A DNA stretch of 63,547 nt, the filler included, from Choristocarpus tenellus KU-1152 (taxonomy: Eukaryota > Protista > Phaeophyceae), in the NCBI GenBank assembly GCA_964200185.2. It is 16 parts of 16 records of this genome, joined end to end, with 100 filler letters (N's around TTAATTAATTAA, not from the genome) between each part and the next. Parts side by side here need not be neighbours in the genome. Positions count along the whole stretch, not along the records: positions 1 to 3,045 come from CAXNAD020022725.1; positions 3,146 to 6,572 come from CAXNAD020020104.1; positions 6,673 to 12,531 come from CAXNAD020009572.1; positions 12,632 to 20,235 come from CAXNAD020005886.1; 12 more parts are not named here. One strand, given 5' to 3'. A program made the translations under genes and the position numbers. This document shows, piece by piece, positions 1-12,805 of this stretch; the first letter of the stretch is position 1; every line of letters begins with the position of its first letter. The notes beneath the pieces are model-generated. The model did no database searches, had not been told where the DNA came from, and saw only the letters and a list, made by a program, of their open reading frames with translations.

Positions 1-774
1 GTCCTCCATAGTATGCTCCATCCTCAATTTTGGTGAGAGGCTGTTCCTACTACAGTGTAACATTAAGCACACATAACCTCAGTAGCTACCTCCCCTTACA
101 ACATTGCCTTTGACAAAATATCTTGGGTTTGGTACACGTTCAGGGAAAATATAATGTTTCTCTAAACTCAACTAAAACTTCACTTGGTGAGTTAATCTTC
201 ACACTACCACAAGAAGAGTGACTTGCTCAGCAGGTGCCTCCTCCCAGTTCACCTCTTCCAAACAGAGCTAAATTGAAATCTCTACTCAAAGGCACTTGAT
301 CATCCAGCTCTACATCCCACTACTATTCCAATTATAGAATGCCCATCGGTGCAGAGACTCCATGCTGTCACTGACGTTGAATCAGAGTACATTCGCCCTG
401 CAGCAGTATTATCTTGGCCAGGCAAGTTGAGCGATAAAATTAATATTAGCAGTTAAGCACAGAGTGACAGCAGCCACCACAACAGCAGTGAAAAAAACAG
501 AGATGTTTGTATCCACTTGACCTGCTTGAGATAACAACAGGCAGAATGAGGAGCAACAACATCATTCACAGATGTTAGGTTTAAAGTGGTAGCTACAAAA
601 CTGTGGAAAGAATCCGACACCGTTTTAACTCCGTTTTTTGATCAGTCCAATCTGCACAAGATACCAATAGGCAACTTTGTTTTGCTCACGAATTCTGGAT
701 TATTATTATTATTAGCATATTCCTTGTTTGTCATTCCCCTATTCTTCTTTCCTTCCCCATGTATTCCTTCTTCT

Positions 775-2820
775 GACCAGCCCCTTGCGACCCCTTCACC
801 GCTGGTTTCCTATTTACCCCTCCATGAGGTGACCAACCAGTGCGACCCATTCGCCCCTGATTTCCAGTCACCCCCCCCACCCTTTCAACCCCACAGCAAT
901 TCCCACTCCATAATCATCCAAGAACACCCCTTCATGATCCACTTCAAACCATGCCTTTGAGCTAGAAGATATCTACGCGGCCGGAACTTGACCTCCCCTC
1001 CCCTTCGGGGTTGATTTCATTCTAGCTCATCCCCTCACCTCCTGCCCTGGTTGGACCCAATCCTTCCTAATCTCTGCCAAGGCCTTTGACACCAACATTG
1101 GGTCCCTCTGGTTAGCCCTAACATATACCATAAAGGTCCTTGACTTCCATCTTCCCTCCCTCTGTATTACCAATTCTGGTACTCCATGTTCACCAATCTC
1201 GTGGCTCCCACTATCCTACCTGAATGCAAGGCATACTCTTCTGGTCTTAGGTTCCTCAATCATTCTCCTCAGGACACATGTCGCTTGGCCCCTCGTGATC
1301 ACCCTCCATCCCCCTTCTTGCCTACATGTCATCAGTGAGGCGTCAGGGGGGGGTTCTGGGAAACATTCCATAATAGCCATTACCATCCCCCAACCTCCCA
1401 TACTTTCTTCCCCCCCTTTGTTCTCCACCTTCAACCTTGTCAACACTGCTCCCTTCCTACCCTGGTCCCCTTTTCACCCTGTAAATGTTATCTCTACTTT
1501 CTCTGCCTGATGTCTATCCTCCCAATCTTTCTACTCACCTCCTCCAGACTGCATCCCTCCATCTTACTGCGAAATCTCCATGTACTCCCCCTTCTTCATC
1601 ATAGGCCCACAATTCTGAAGCTCTGGCTAAAAAGAAGGAGAAACCCAAGCCTAGCATTGTCAATTTACCTTCCCTACCAAGCATTTGAGAGCATTGCTTT
1701 TAGTTGAAGAATTGTTTGTGGTAGTTCTGGATTGCTGCTATCTTACCCTTAACTGTGCTTACTTGGTTCCCCCTACTCCCGCAACATAAACACATGAACT
1801 CTGCTAGGGCCTTCACTATATCTATCTCTCGACTCATAGGGTCTAACCACCTACTCAATCCTCTAAATGTACGCAACTCAGACCATTGGTTCCAAGCTGC
1901 CTCGTAACACGTCTGAATAGATGGCGCAACCAATCCTACGGCGTACAATGCTGCAAGGCACTCAAACACACCATCTTCCCTTCCCGACCCAGGGGCTGTT
2001 CCTTCCGATCAATAAGTGAGCAAATATGTTGGACGTTAGATTGAACCTCATCCCTCTTCCACCTCGATATACCATCTGCTAGGTCTTTCAGCTTCCCTGC
2101 AACGTGTTCCGCAGCAAATGGCCATTTCCCTGCTATCTCCAACATCCCCATTATTCTCATCAATCCCCCCGCCCTCCTATCCTTTGCCTCCCCACACTTA
2201 CGGAAAAAATACACTGCAGAGTGGTTGTCCCATCTAAGCAACACTGGATCTCCCTTCTTGTCTGCCTTCCCCTTCACCTTCAAGACCAGTATCCATGCGT
2301 GCATTACCATTCCTAGTACCTCTAAGAAATGGATATACTCCCTTCTCCTTTAATCACACTACGTGTAATGTCGTTCTTCCAGTTTTCTGGAAATTATACC
2401 TCCACCACTTACCCGTCTCTGCATTGTACCTTACTACTGCTGAAAAACACGCATCTGGATACCATGTCGTCCTTGGGGGCCTTGACACAAAATCCAAGAA
2501 GGGAGAACTTAAGTTTTCTCCCTCCTCCGCCAGACCATGTTCTACCACCCTCCTCCATCAATACAAGTTCTCCTTAAACTTAATCCCTCAGCTAAATCTC
2601 CCTATCTCCTTTTGAACCTTCTCTCTGTTCGCCCTGCCCTCCTCCACTCACTATCCTTCTCAACCAATCCCCCTTCTGGTGCAACCCCAACCGTTGTACC
2701 AGCCGCCAAAGAAAAAATCTCCCTTGGTGTACGACGTGCGACATGTAGAATAGTCTACCCAACAGCACATATACCTCCCTCACCCTGGCTACCGACTTCG
2801 ACTCTGGCCACTCTGCTAAC
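775..2820 (-). mobile_element. Decayed tyrosine-recombinase retrotransposon (Ngaro/DIRS-type): RT C-terminus, RNase H, tyrosine recombinase, 3' repeats
   Basis: Minus-strand pieces across frameshifts: RT end LLGRLFYMSHVVHQGRFFLWRL; RNase H WYPDA..LEVLGMV..LRWDNHSAV..LADGISRW; YR FFLARASELW, F.G*KGDQGRKG, EYALHSGRIVGAT, GRWKSRTFMVYVR. Cut by a MITE at 2822. Confidence 0.9.
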
Positions 2821-2821
2821 A

Positions 2822-3045
2822 GAGCCAAAGTATCTTAGAGGGTAGAGCCGCGTCCATTTGGGGGTCAAAATCCAATGTTCCGATTTTGATGTAATTTTGA
2901 CTATCGTGCTTTTGAGGATGTGTCAATATCCTTGCTCCGGACACACCTTTTCATAACATACAAATATTACCTACTCTGAAACATAACGGAGTAGGAAAAT
3001 GTCATAAAACACCTGTGGGAAGCCAAGTCCCAAATGGACAAACAG
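2822..3045. mobile_element. MITE family A, truncated by contig end
   Basis: Starts GAGCCAAAGTATCTTAGAGGGTA; internal sequence matches other A copies. Confidence 0.9.
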
Positions 3046-3145
3046 NNNNNNNNNNNNNNNNNNNNNNNNNNNNNNNNNNNNNNNNNNNNTTAATTAATTA
3101 ANNNNNNNNNNNNNNNNNNNNNNNNNNNNNNNNNNNNNNNNNNNN
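3046..3145. other. Artificial contig linker (first of 15; others at 6573, 12532, 20236, 23282, 28088, 31691, 37712, 40842, 44247, 47564, 50234, 53609, 56909, 59765; each 100 bp)
   Basis: Identical 44N-TTAATTAATTAA-44N block each time; the 12-mer puts stops in all six frames. Confidence 0.98.
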
Positions 3146-3354
3146 CCAGATACTTTGGGTCTGATGTAATTTTGGCTATCGCGTTTGTCAGGAAGTGTCA
3201 ATATTCTTATTCCGGACACATCTTTTCATAACGTAGACATTTTACCTACTCCGAAACATTTTGGAGTAGGTAGAATTTAATTAAAACCCATGGGAAGCCA
3301 AGCCCCAAATGGACAAACAGGGAAAGACTCGTACCCTCTAAGATACTTTCACTC
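3146..3354. mobile_element. End of a MITE family B copy (3146-3161) inside a MITE family A copy (to 3354)
   Basis: CCAGATACTTTGGGTC followed directly by internal A sequence ending TACCCTCTAAGATACTTTCACTC. Confidence 0.8.
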
Positions 3355-3391
3355 TTGATAACACTATTTCTTATATGTTGTCCCTGCAATA

Positions 3392-3566
3392 GGCTCAAAG
3401 TACCTGGGGGGGGGGGAGGTCTACACCAGGGTGTCCATTCAGGCCCTGAACAGGAGATGTGCACTTGCATTATCCGTCTGATCCATACAACAAAATCACC
3501 CAAAACTGCGACATGGAAAAATGGGCCCCGAATGGACAGCCACCACCCCCCCAGATACTTTGAGCC
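3392..3566. mobile_element. MITE family B, full length
   Basis: TIRs GGCTCAAAGTACCTGGGG / CCCCAGATACTTTGAGCC; TSD ATA on both sides. Confidence 0.92.
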
Positions 3567-4048
3567 ATACGATATATCCATATATTTGTGCAGCGCCTTG
3601 GGCAGAAAACGTGTTTGTAATCAAGATGTAACGCACAGTGAGCTAGCTCTCCAGGTGAGCAGTAATAATATCCACTGGCAAAAAAGGTCCACAGGAAGGA
3701 TCATCTTGCTGTTGCCTCAAGGCACACAGGTTTTCGGAGCTTATATGTTTGAGGCCTAGCTATGCCCCAACAATGATGAAAGATCACAACTGCTGTCTGA
3801 TAACATCCCAAAAAAATGAGTAAACTGTCCTACTTTTTTGTCCAGGAGAGTCCATCAATGCAACGTAACTAACCTCACCCCTCTGCCAGGAAAAGCCGTA
3901 CTTTTACGGTGTGTTTTCAAGATTTACCTCCAATGAGTCGGAGGAAACTTTGACGACACAGTCATGGCTTATCATTACTCGTCTCTACCTTGAGATTGTG
4001 TCAATTTCAGCATGCCAACAATTTTGCTGGATTCGATAAACTAGTTTT

Positions 4049-4579
4049 GAGTCAAAGTATCTTGGAGGGTAGAGCCGCGTCCATTTGGGGGTTAAAATCC
4101 ATTGTTGCAATTTTGATATAATTTTGAGTCAAAGTATCTTAGAGGGTAGAGCTGCGTCCATTTGAGGGTCAAAAACCAATGTTGCGATTTTGATGTAATT
4201 TTGTCCATCATGTTTGTTAGGAAGTGTCAATATTCATATTCTGGACTCACCTTTTCATAACGTATGCATTTTACCTACTCCAAAGCATTTTGGATTCGAA
4301 AAATGTCATTAAAAAATCCCATGGGAAGTCAAGCCCCAAATGGACCAACAGGGCGAAACTCGTACCCTCTAAGATACTTTCAATTTTTGGCTATCATGTT
4401 TGTTAGGAGATGTCAATATCCTTGTTCCAGACACACATTTTCATAGTCTTAGACATTTGACATACTTCCCTACTCCGAAATGTTTTTGGAGTAGGGAAAA
4501 TGTCATAAAAAAACTGTGGGAAGCCAAGTCCCTGATGACAAACAGGGAAATACACGTACCCTCTAATATGCATCCACTC
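4049..4579. mobile_element. Nested MITE family A (inner 4126-4385 within outer 4049-4579)
   Basis: Outer copy is interrupted at TAATTTT|GGCTATC and resumes after the inner copy; TTT flanks both elements. Confidence 0.88.
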
Positions 4580-5713
4580 TTTTTTTAATTTGTTGGAGAG
4601 CATCACGTCAGACATGAAGGACAATTGTACCCTTCGGCAAAACATGGGCCAGTATGCGCCCTGGATAACTAATCCCCCCTCCACAAACAGATAAAAGGTT
4701 AATTAAACCACCCTGAACTTTTCATTGGCCAAGAATCTTTTCCTCTCCTGGTGTCGTTAGTGATGATAGGTGACAGTTAATGGAAGATGACCAAAGAACT
4801 ATTAGTCACACAGAGAGTACCACTAGCAAAAGACACACCCACATGTGTTCTTGATCTGTGAAAATCTTTCTTATAAACCAAGTGCCAGTCCCAGCCTTAC
4901 CATATACTCCTTTCGTCTTGTACCATTTATATTGAGGTCCACATTTACTTGTGACACCATTGCCACGATTTCCATGCCAGTACGTTGAGGTCAGAGTTGT
5001 AGTCGCCCGGGGGGGGGGGGCTGCGATCACATTCCACTCCCTGTGCACCTGCCAGTGCAAAACTTGTCTGAAGATGAGCACTTCGGCGCACTACTTAATG
5101 CTTTTCGTAGTCATTAGCAGCATTGATTTACTTGAACAGGGCTGTTTGGCAACCAGAGTTCCCACCAGCCATTTTACGGAGTACTGCACTTTTAAGGTGT
5201 ATCTACGTGGTAGAAGTTATTATCATTTATTCAAACCCCCTCACAGCAATAACGATATGCTGTGTGCATGTAAGATTTAAAATACTTTCATGTGCAATGC
5301 TACCAACACACTTACCTAAACCTAAGATGGTTTAATTTCTGTATTGTTCAAATTTCTATCCGATCAACCCCAAGCACATAGAAAAAGTCGTTATGCACCA
5401 TAACCTGGGAGTCCTAAAAATATGTATTTTGTTGTTGCTTCCTTCTTCAATAAGGGCCCCAAGAAGTACACGGGTCATCCCGTACAATGCCCAGTCGTTT
5501 GCCAGGGTGATGGCCATCTTGCACATGATGAAAGGATGTCGGGAGGTGCAAGGTTATCGGAGGTGTACATTACACCATGCGACAGCGTTGTCGGTAACCA
5601 TTTCCCATCACGAAGCTTTTCTCTGAACCAACTGGTTATCTCTACCGGCTAATGAGAGGCCTTTCGCGCAATAATATACATATCGGCGACCAAGTTGGGT
5701 TAGGAAACACCTT

Positions 5714-5972
5714 GAGTCAAAGTATCTTGGAGGGTAGAGCCGCGTCCGTTTGGGGGACAAAATCCAATGTTGCGATTTTGATGTAATTTTGACTATTGTG
5801 CTTGTTAGGAAGTGCCAATATCCATGTTCCGAACACACCGTTTTATATCATACACATTTTAACCTACTTCAAAACATTTCGGAGTAGGAAAATGTCATTA
5901 AGAACCCATGGGAAGCCAAGCCCCAAATGGGCAAACAGGACAAATTTCGTACCCTCTAATATACTTTCACTC
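5714..5972. mobile_element. MITE family A, full length
   Basis: TIRs GAGTCAAAGTATCTTGGAGGGTA / TACCCTCTAATATACTTTCACTC; TSD CTT. Confidence 0.93.
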
Positions 5973-6672
5973 CTTCGGCGATAGGGAGTTTGTGGCTGCC
6001 ACTGACATCATGTTGTTTAATAGACCTTTCCACAACCTCATGCCTCCCAATAATGTCCTTGGGTGTAAAACATGGCGATCTCTTGTGGGAATGATTTGTT
6101 TTTTTACAAGACGACACCCATACTACTAGTGCATCCACACTGAAGAGACGATCTACAGCGAAGGAGAGTCTACAGGTTCGTAGGTATGTAGTCCATGTAT
6201 ATGTCTAGAGTCTTGTGAAGTTTTTTTGCATTATTGTTATTATTATTACTCATATTGTTATTGTTTTTATTATAACAGAGCTTTGTTTTATTGATATATT
6301 TCTCATACCATGTCTTTGCAGTTCCTCGCTGAAGTCGGAACAAAAATGAACAAGGGGGAGAATTAGAGGGTGTAGGGTTAAGTGTGCACATGTGTATCAC
6401 TTTGTAGTATTGGCGTACAGAAAAGAGTCGCTGAACTGAAATCACATAGAATTTTCTTAAGGTAGTAGGAGCAGTCATTGAGGTGTCCATATATTCACCA
6501 CATCGATGATCAATTTTGCACTTACACTGAGGAGGGGGGGGGGGGTCTACGCTAGGGTGTCCATTTGGGTCANNNNNNNNNNNNNNNNNNNNNNNNNNNN
6601 NNNNNNNNNNNNNNNNTTAATTAATTAANNNNNNNNNNNNNNNNNNNNNNNNNNNNNNNNNNNNNNNNNNNN

Positions 6673-9600
6673 CTGATAGACAGACCCACTTGCCCCTCCC
6701 CCGCTACCCCCTCCTCCCCCTTTCCACCTGCTCCCACCATTACCAGGAGCACTTCCTCCCCCACTGTTGCCACCAACCCCACCCTGATAGCCTCGACCCG
6801 GGATCATCAGCCCAGGGGCCATGGATGTGGGCGACCTAGGAATGGGCACTGCATGACCCCCTCCACCGCCCCCACTACCGTTACCCCCACCCCCACCTCC
6901 AACTCCATTCACGCCTCCATTGCCACCAACTCCCATGTCGCTAAGGGGCAGGTCAACAGCCGAGGGGGATTGGTGAGAGTACGAAGAACCCGAATGTGCT
7001 GATGACTGGATGGAGCTGGAGGACGCCCTTCTGAGGTGAGTGTTATGCTGTTGCTGTTGCTGTTGGAGTGTATATGGATGTTGCTGCTTTACACAGGGAC
7101 GCAGAGGATGGGGGAGGGGGGGGAAAGAAATCAGGGCAGAGGATGCACTCAGGGGATCAGCTTCGCACAACCACCCACAGTTTGTCTTGGCTGGCATTGC
7201 TTTCATACCACAGCACCAAAATTTTTCAAGTTAATGAGAACTTGTTCAGTGCGCAGTGCTTCTGACCACGGGTGAGACTAGTCGAAAGACTGAAGTGATA
7301 GTAGTTTGACCGTGTATCTGCTGTCAGACACCCCAAATCTACCTAAGAAAAAAAACACCAAGCCAACCAGGTTTACAATTTTCTTCTTGACCAAACTAAG
7401 CGAAAGCAAAGGATCCAGCCAACCCAGGCTTGAGCAAATTTAGAACTCCGGAAGACATGCACAAAAGAGGGCTATAGACAGAGAGATGTCCAATGCACCT
7501 CAAAAGTCATGCAGCCACCCCAGTCAGGAATACTGAGATTTTGGCATCACCATTATAGCGATCAGCCCACAATCACTCGGAAGTAAAACGGACAAGAAGG
7601 CAGAAGAAGAAGAGCCTATCTCCACTCCATGGCAATAGGTTACAAGCGACAACTATGGCATTCCAACTACTTGTGCCAACCTTAGTCCATTAACCTCTTG
7701 AGCTGCAGTACAGAAACAAAATCGTATCCCGCCAAAGCGACAAAACAGCGAGAGTAACATTAAAGACGGTAAGGTACTAACCATGTGTTTGTCTTACGTA
7801 CACATAATAGTGTGGATTTATGCCGCACAATACACACACAAGTCAAGATCATTGTCCTCACAACAAGAGTTGCAAAGCAGGGGACGAACAAGTCACAGGC
7901 CACCTGTTGTTGCTGCTGAGCATGTTGCATCTGGTGAGACTGCTGACGGTGGGGTGGTGGCTGCTCCTGGTACTGCACAAACATAAACGGCATTGGCAGG
8001 AAGGATGGGGAGTTGCAATGTAAGGAAGCGGTGCTCCAGGTAGGGGAAGGAGTAGAAAAAATATTGCATTGAAGAGGTGAGGTAGAGATGAACAGTCGGA
8101 AGAACTACATGTGACATTGATGCTGCAGCAAAGTGATGGCACAAACCTTCTCATTCATGCAACTAAAAGGGGACAACCAGTGAACATCCATATAGCCATG
8201 TGATGTAGAAGTGAGATGAAATGGCATCCTCTCTCTGGGTAGGGTAGAATCAACAATTAGGTCTTTAATCCCACCGAGTATTGGTGCAGTTATAATTTTT
8301 TTTCCAGTAATACAGAATGTTGTACAAGTTCAAACTGTCAGTTTTTGGAATCCAAGCAAACTCAACCTCAACATCTGAGTTTTTGCTGCTCTCAAGAATA
8401 GAGTCGGTGGAGGCAGAGGAACCTGTTACTGGGGGTGAAAACCAGGCATGAAACTTTAACACCATGCAATAATATTTGGTGGGATTCCAAGACGCTAGAA
8501 TGTGAAATCCTCGAGATAGGCTGCACTAAAGGACACCAAACTTGGCCCAGGGACAAAAGTGAAGGACTTCTCCCCTCAAAAGTAGGCAGCTCACGTTCGA
8601 GACTACCCTAGACTGTGCAAGGACTTTGGCAAGCCCAACAATGGTGGCCAGACACAAATCACACTCTGCTACAGAACAGCCTCAACCGCATTGGATAGGT
8701 TGGTGAGGGGCACTGTAGCATCACGGTACCTTGATGACAGTGGGTAGTGGCATAACAATCATCCTCCGATCATGACCACAGTACCAGGGCGACCAAGACT
8801 CTCAACATGACGGGTTATCTCGACAAGATATGCTCAAGGACAAGGTCCTGCCACCTGTTGTGTGTCACTTACACAGAGCAGGGTGTTATTTTTCCTTCAG
8901 CGTAGCAATGCAAAGTCCCATACAGCATTTGCTGAGGAAGCACTGGGAACAACTTGCGCCTCTCTGCGCGAGGCTACCTGGCATGTTTGAACAACCAACC
9001 TGCCCACTCACCGTTTTTCGCCACTCTCAATCTCTGATTCCTCTGCTTAAATCAGACTAGGGAAAAGCTGAATTAACTCTGCCAACATCGACGATCTTGT
9101 GAACAACATGGTGAAGAGCACATCAAGACCATAGTGCTGAGACACATGGGCAGGTCTGGCAGAGAGAGAGAGAGAGAGCCTTCTTCGTGCGGTGGGGGGA
9201 TGTGATGTACCAATAGGGTGGCAATGACTTCAAGGGAGTGCACGAGAAGTAAGAGGATAGGCACAGACTAATAAGTGTAGATGGGCCCAAGGCAGCAAAA
9301 GGGATGGCCTAGCAAGTTCTCCGCACTGCTGGGGAAGGCAATTGGTGGGATGTTGTCCTTGTGACATAGCTGGCGCAGTCACCAGTCCTCAACCTCAAAT
9401 GTTTGGGCTTGTTTTCGCCACAAAAAGTAGGGTTTGCATGGCATCACATGGCACCGTTGTTGAGGACCTTGTGCATGGCATTTACAACCTCTATTTAGAC
9501 TAGGACGTTGAGAAAGCCAAGAGGGTGCGGTAGAGCCAGTTCAAGGCATACAGTATGCCCCAAATAAAACACTTGTGAGGGGGGCAATTTCACTTCGACA

Positions 9601-12531
9601 TACACAGGCACTGCGGAGTAGCAGCATTGTGGGTCTTTGGAAAAAAAATTGGGTGGCATATGCGGACAAAGAGGTGTTCTTGGATGGTTTGGAGCGGCAG
9701 GTGGATGGCAAAGGCTAGAGTTTCAAGACACATGCATCTTTCGGCATACGCAATGCCAATGATTCAAGAAATGTTATCAGTTCTTTGACCAGAGGCATGA
9801 ATGATGGAAACAACTAATGACTGGTGGAATTACTTCGCCTTCTGGACACTATTTGAAATAACAGTATTAGGGTCAATCGGTCAGCTGTGATGGTAATTAC
9901 CTCATATCATATGTAGTGTTTAATTTTGAAAAAGTAATCGGGTAACTTCTTCGAACTTCAGTTCCAAGTTGTTGTACTACTTGACTCCTACCTTTAACCT
10001 TTCAGCTGTTGGTGGGTATTCACATAATCTATTTTTTTTTTGTTAGGGGAAAGGTGCTTTCAGAGGAGCAGGCACACGTAAATGCCGATAATGCAGTAGT
10101 AGAGGTTCATCATCGACAATCCCATGGCTCAAAATGAGGTCATTGGGACTGTCCATGAAAAAGAAAAAAAAGGTCAAAATGAGGTCATTGGGAGGATGAA
10201 GGGGAGACCTTGACCACCTCGGGGATTTGGAATGTTCAAGTGAACTCAAATAGGAGACACAAACTTGATAAACCTCAGCTAGGCGAGAAGAACCTTTACA
10301 TCTATACGCACAGTTTATCTTGTATCATAGGAAATGTCGCCTTCTGTTGGGACTTGTTGGCCTGGATAAAGACAATGCTTGGGTGGAACTCTCATTGAAG
10401 CGTCTGCGTAGCACTCTGACAGACCTGGGCTATGAAGTGGGAATGATGTTGAAAGATGGCAGCAATGACACTGCCGAGGTTTACATCTCTGAGCCTGCAG
10501 CAATGTAATGAAGAATATCAAAAAGACAACCCAGTAACACTTGGAGCGCTCAAAGGACTACACTTCTAAAAATGCTATGTGCTGCCAACCATGACAATTT
10601 GAGCCACCAAAAACACGTTCTATGAATTCTGGTAAATATCAGTATTTCAATGACATAGGTTTCATTGCATGCGTAGGTAAAAACAATCATGTAAAAATAT
10701 GAAAACTATAAAAAATTAAAAAGTTCCAGATTATGCACCCTAGCTATACTCTGTTGCGAGGTGGAGGTTCTACAATAGCCTGATCAACAGGTTAGGAGGT
10801 CAGCTTCATTTCTCTCTCTACATATATATATACGTATGTATTTTATGGGACAAATTGACCCATACATTTTACGTTTTGAATCACTCTGGTGTACTTTGGG
10901 CGGTTGAATGACATATTTTACTCAGGGGTGGTCTTTAATTAAGTGACCCGTACCTTCAGTAATATGTGGAGATGGGACGTCAAACCAACTCCATACTATT
11001 CACCCTGCCCCCACATTCCGAAACCTATATATATATAGAGAGAGAGAGATGTACAAATATGGTCTAACTCAATCTTTTTCAGGAGAAATTCCATTTGCCC
11101 CACTTTGTTAGGCAAAATATTACTAAATACCACACTCGCACCCCTTTCCATGGTACAAAACAAGCCCAACGACCCCCAAATCCTTGACTAACCTGTTGCA
11201 ACTGATGCTGCTGCTGCTGCCTTGAAGGGTGGTCCATCTGGAAAGGGTGTGACAAGAATCCCACATTCCCTCCCCCAGAACCCATGTCTAGGGCAGATGT
11301 CAAAGACCCGTCCACCTGATCAAATGACCATTCTCTTCGGTGCCGGGGAGGGGGTACTCCCCCATCCCTGGCTCCAGATGGCCCAGAGTAATGCTCTGAG
11401 TGCATGCCTCCACCACCACCACCACTGCTTCCCAAACCCAGGTCAGACCCTCCCTTACCTCCTTGGCGAAGAGATGGTATGGAGCTGCAGGTGATGTGAT
11501 TGGAATGAGTTGGGTTGGGTTGGGAAGTGCATATGGAGAAGATAGAGATTAGTGTCGGGGAGATGGGGGTAGACAAACAGGGGGGGGGAAGGGGATCCTT
11601 CTACCCCCACATATTAGAACATAGGGAACATAGGGGCATCAATAAAAACAGATTGACCTCTCCTAGAAGCTAAACACATCACCTCGTTTTCAACACAACA
11701 GTTAAGTACTGAATACTTGTACTCCAACACGGACTATTCCTCCCTTGACCCAACGACTGCATTAGAAGTAAAGAAACAAGTTCCAAACAATGACACCATC
11801 AAACAAAACTGCATGTATGCACTCACTCAATGGTCACACGCACCTCAAGTCTTCCCCACCATAGCTCAAGGATGAGCCACCCCCGTTCATGGCAGGGCTG
11901 AATGGAATACCCTCCCCCAAAGTCAAAGGGGTGGGTGTGCCTATTGGGGTATTCCCTGCTGTCCCACTGTTACCAAATGCCCCTCCCCAAGAAGTGGAGC
12001 CAAAGAGACTTGCTGAGGAACCATTACGGTCTCTCGGTCGTTCCTATTCACGGGACGAAGCAGGGTACACATTAACCAGAGATAATGCCAAAAAAGGGTT
12101 GGTCGCGCCAGGGGACCAATCACAAGACAGAAAAGCTTTCGGCTGCCACTTGAGTTATCCTGCCCACCCATAGCAAGTACCTCAACAACTCCAGCGTAAA
12201 GTAGAGGTCTCGCCCAGTGCCTCTCAAAAACCCAATACATGATAAAATCCTTGTGAAAGACAGACATCAGGGGATTTGTTGCCCAAACTAAACAGCTTGT
12301 AGCAAAAGATAAATAAATCAAGTAAACATCTGATTCAATAATTATAAACCCAACCCCAACTTCCACAAAAATTACAGCTCACTCACCTCTGCACGATCAG
12401 ATGGAGGAGAAGGTATGGGGTCATGTCCACCATAACTTGCACCCCACAGACCACCCACGAAACCTTGCGGAGACCCAGACCCAAGCTCACCCCCGCCCTC
12501 ACCCCCGCCCTCAACCCCCACAGAACCACCC
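6673..12531 (-). CDS. Partial multi-exon host gene, Gly/Gln/Ser-rich low-complexity protein; exons 12531-12387, 12043-11881, 11461-11193, 7972-7904, 7083-6673
   Basis: GT-AG boundaries with matching phases (0,1,0,0) give one open frame: ..PSPPSDRAE|ERPRDRNGSS..PAMNG|GGKGGSDL..HQLQQ|YQEQPPPH..QQQQQ|QHPYTLQQQ.. Confidence 0.75.
9100..9600 (+). pseudogene. Decayed Tc1/mariner transposase, DD39D (plant-mariner-like) type, intronic and antisense to the host gene
   Basis: DVVLVT*LAQSPVLNLKCLGLFS resembles the QPxxSPDLNxxDLGFF motif; followed by TVVEDLVHGI..KRVR*SQFKAY; many stops and frameshifts. Confidence 0.6.
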
Positions 12532-12662
12532 NNNNNNNNNNNNNNNNNNNNNNNNNNNNNNNNNNNNNNNNNNNNTTAATTAATTAANNNNNNNNNNNNN
12601 NNNNNNNNNNNNNNNNNNNNNNNNNNNNNNNCCCCCCCCCCTCATCTATCCACAACCGTTAC

Positions 12663-12805
12663 CTGTGTGGATGTTGATCCGAACTTAACAGCCAAGTAGG
12701 ATGGAAGGTACGGTCCTAGAGCAGAAAAGGTCATGGCGTTAGCAAAGGCAACCGCATTCGCACACAGATACATCACTCGGTAGGGCGTCATGCCCTCCTT
12801 TCCTT
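12663..12805 (-). CDS. Exon of an MFS transporter (TM1 region)
   Basis: MTPYRVMYLCANAVAFANAMTFSALGPYLPSYLAVKFGSTSTQ ending at CAG|GTAACG; fits the MFS TM1/loop pattern S.LGP.LP.Y....G.S.TQ. Confidence 0.65.

Noticed and set aside
3090-3101. Recurrent palindrome TTAATTAATTAA
   Set aside because: Always centred in N runs of fixed length: a scaffolding linker, not biology. ORFs crossing it are artefacts.
5796-5984. Recurring short ORFs such as GKPSPKWTNR..VPSKILS as a peptide family
   Set aside because: Chance translations of non-coding MITE A; frames and stops differ between copies.
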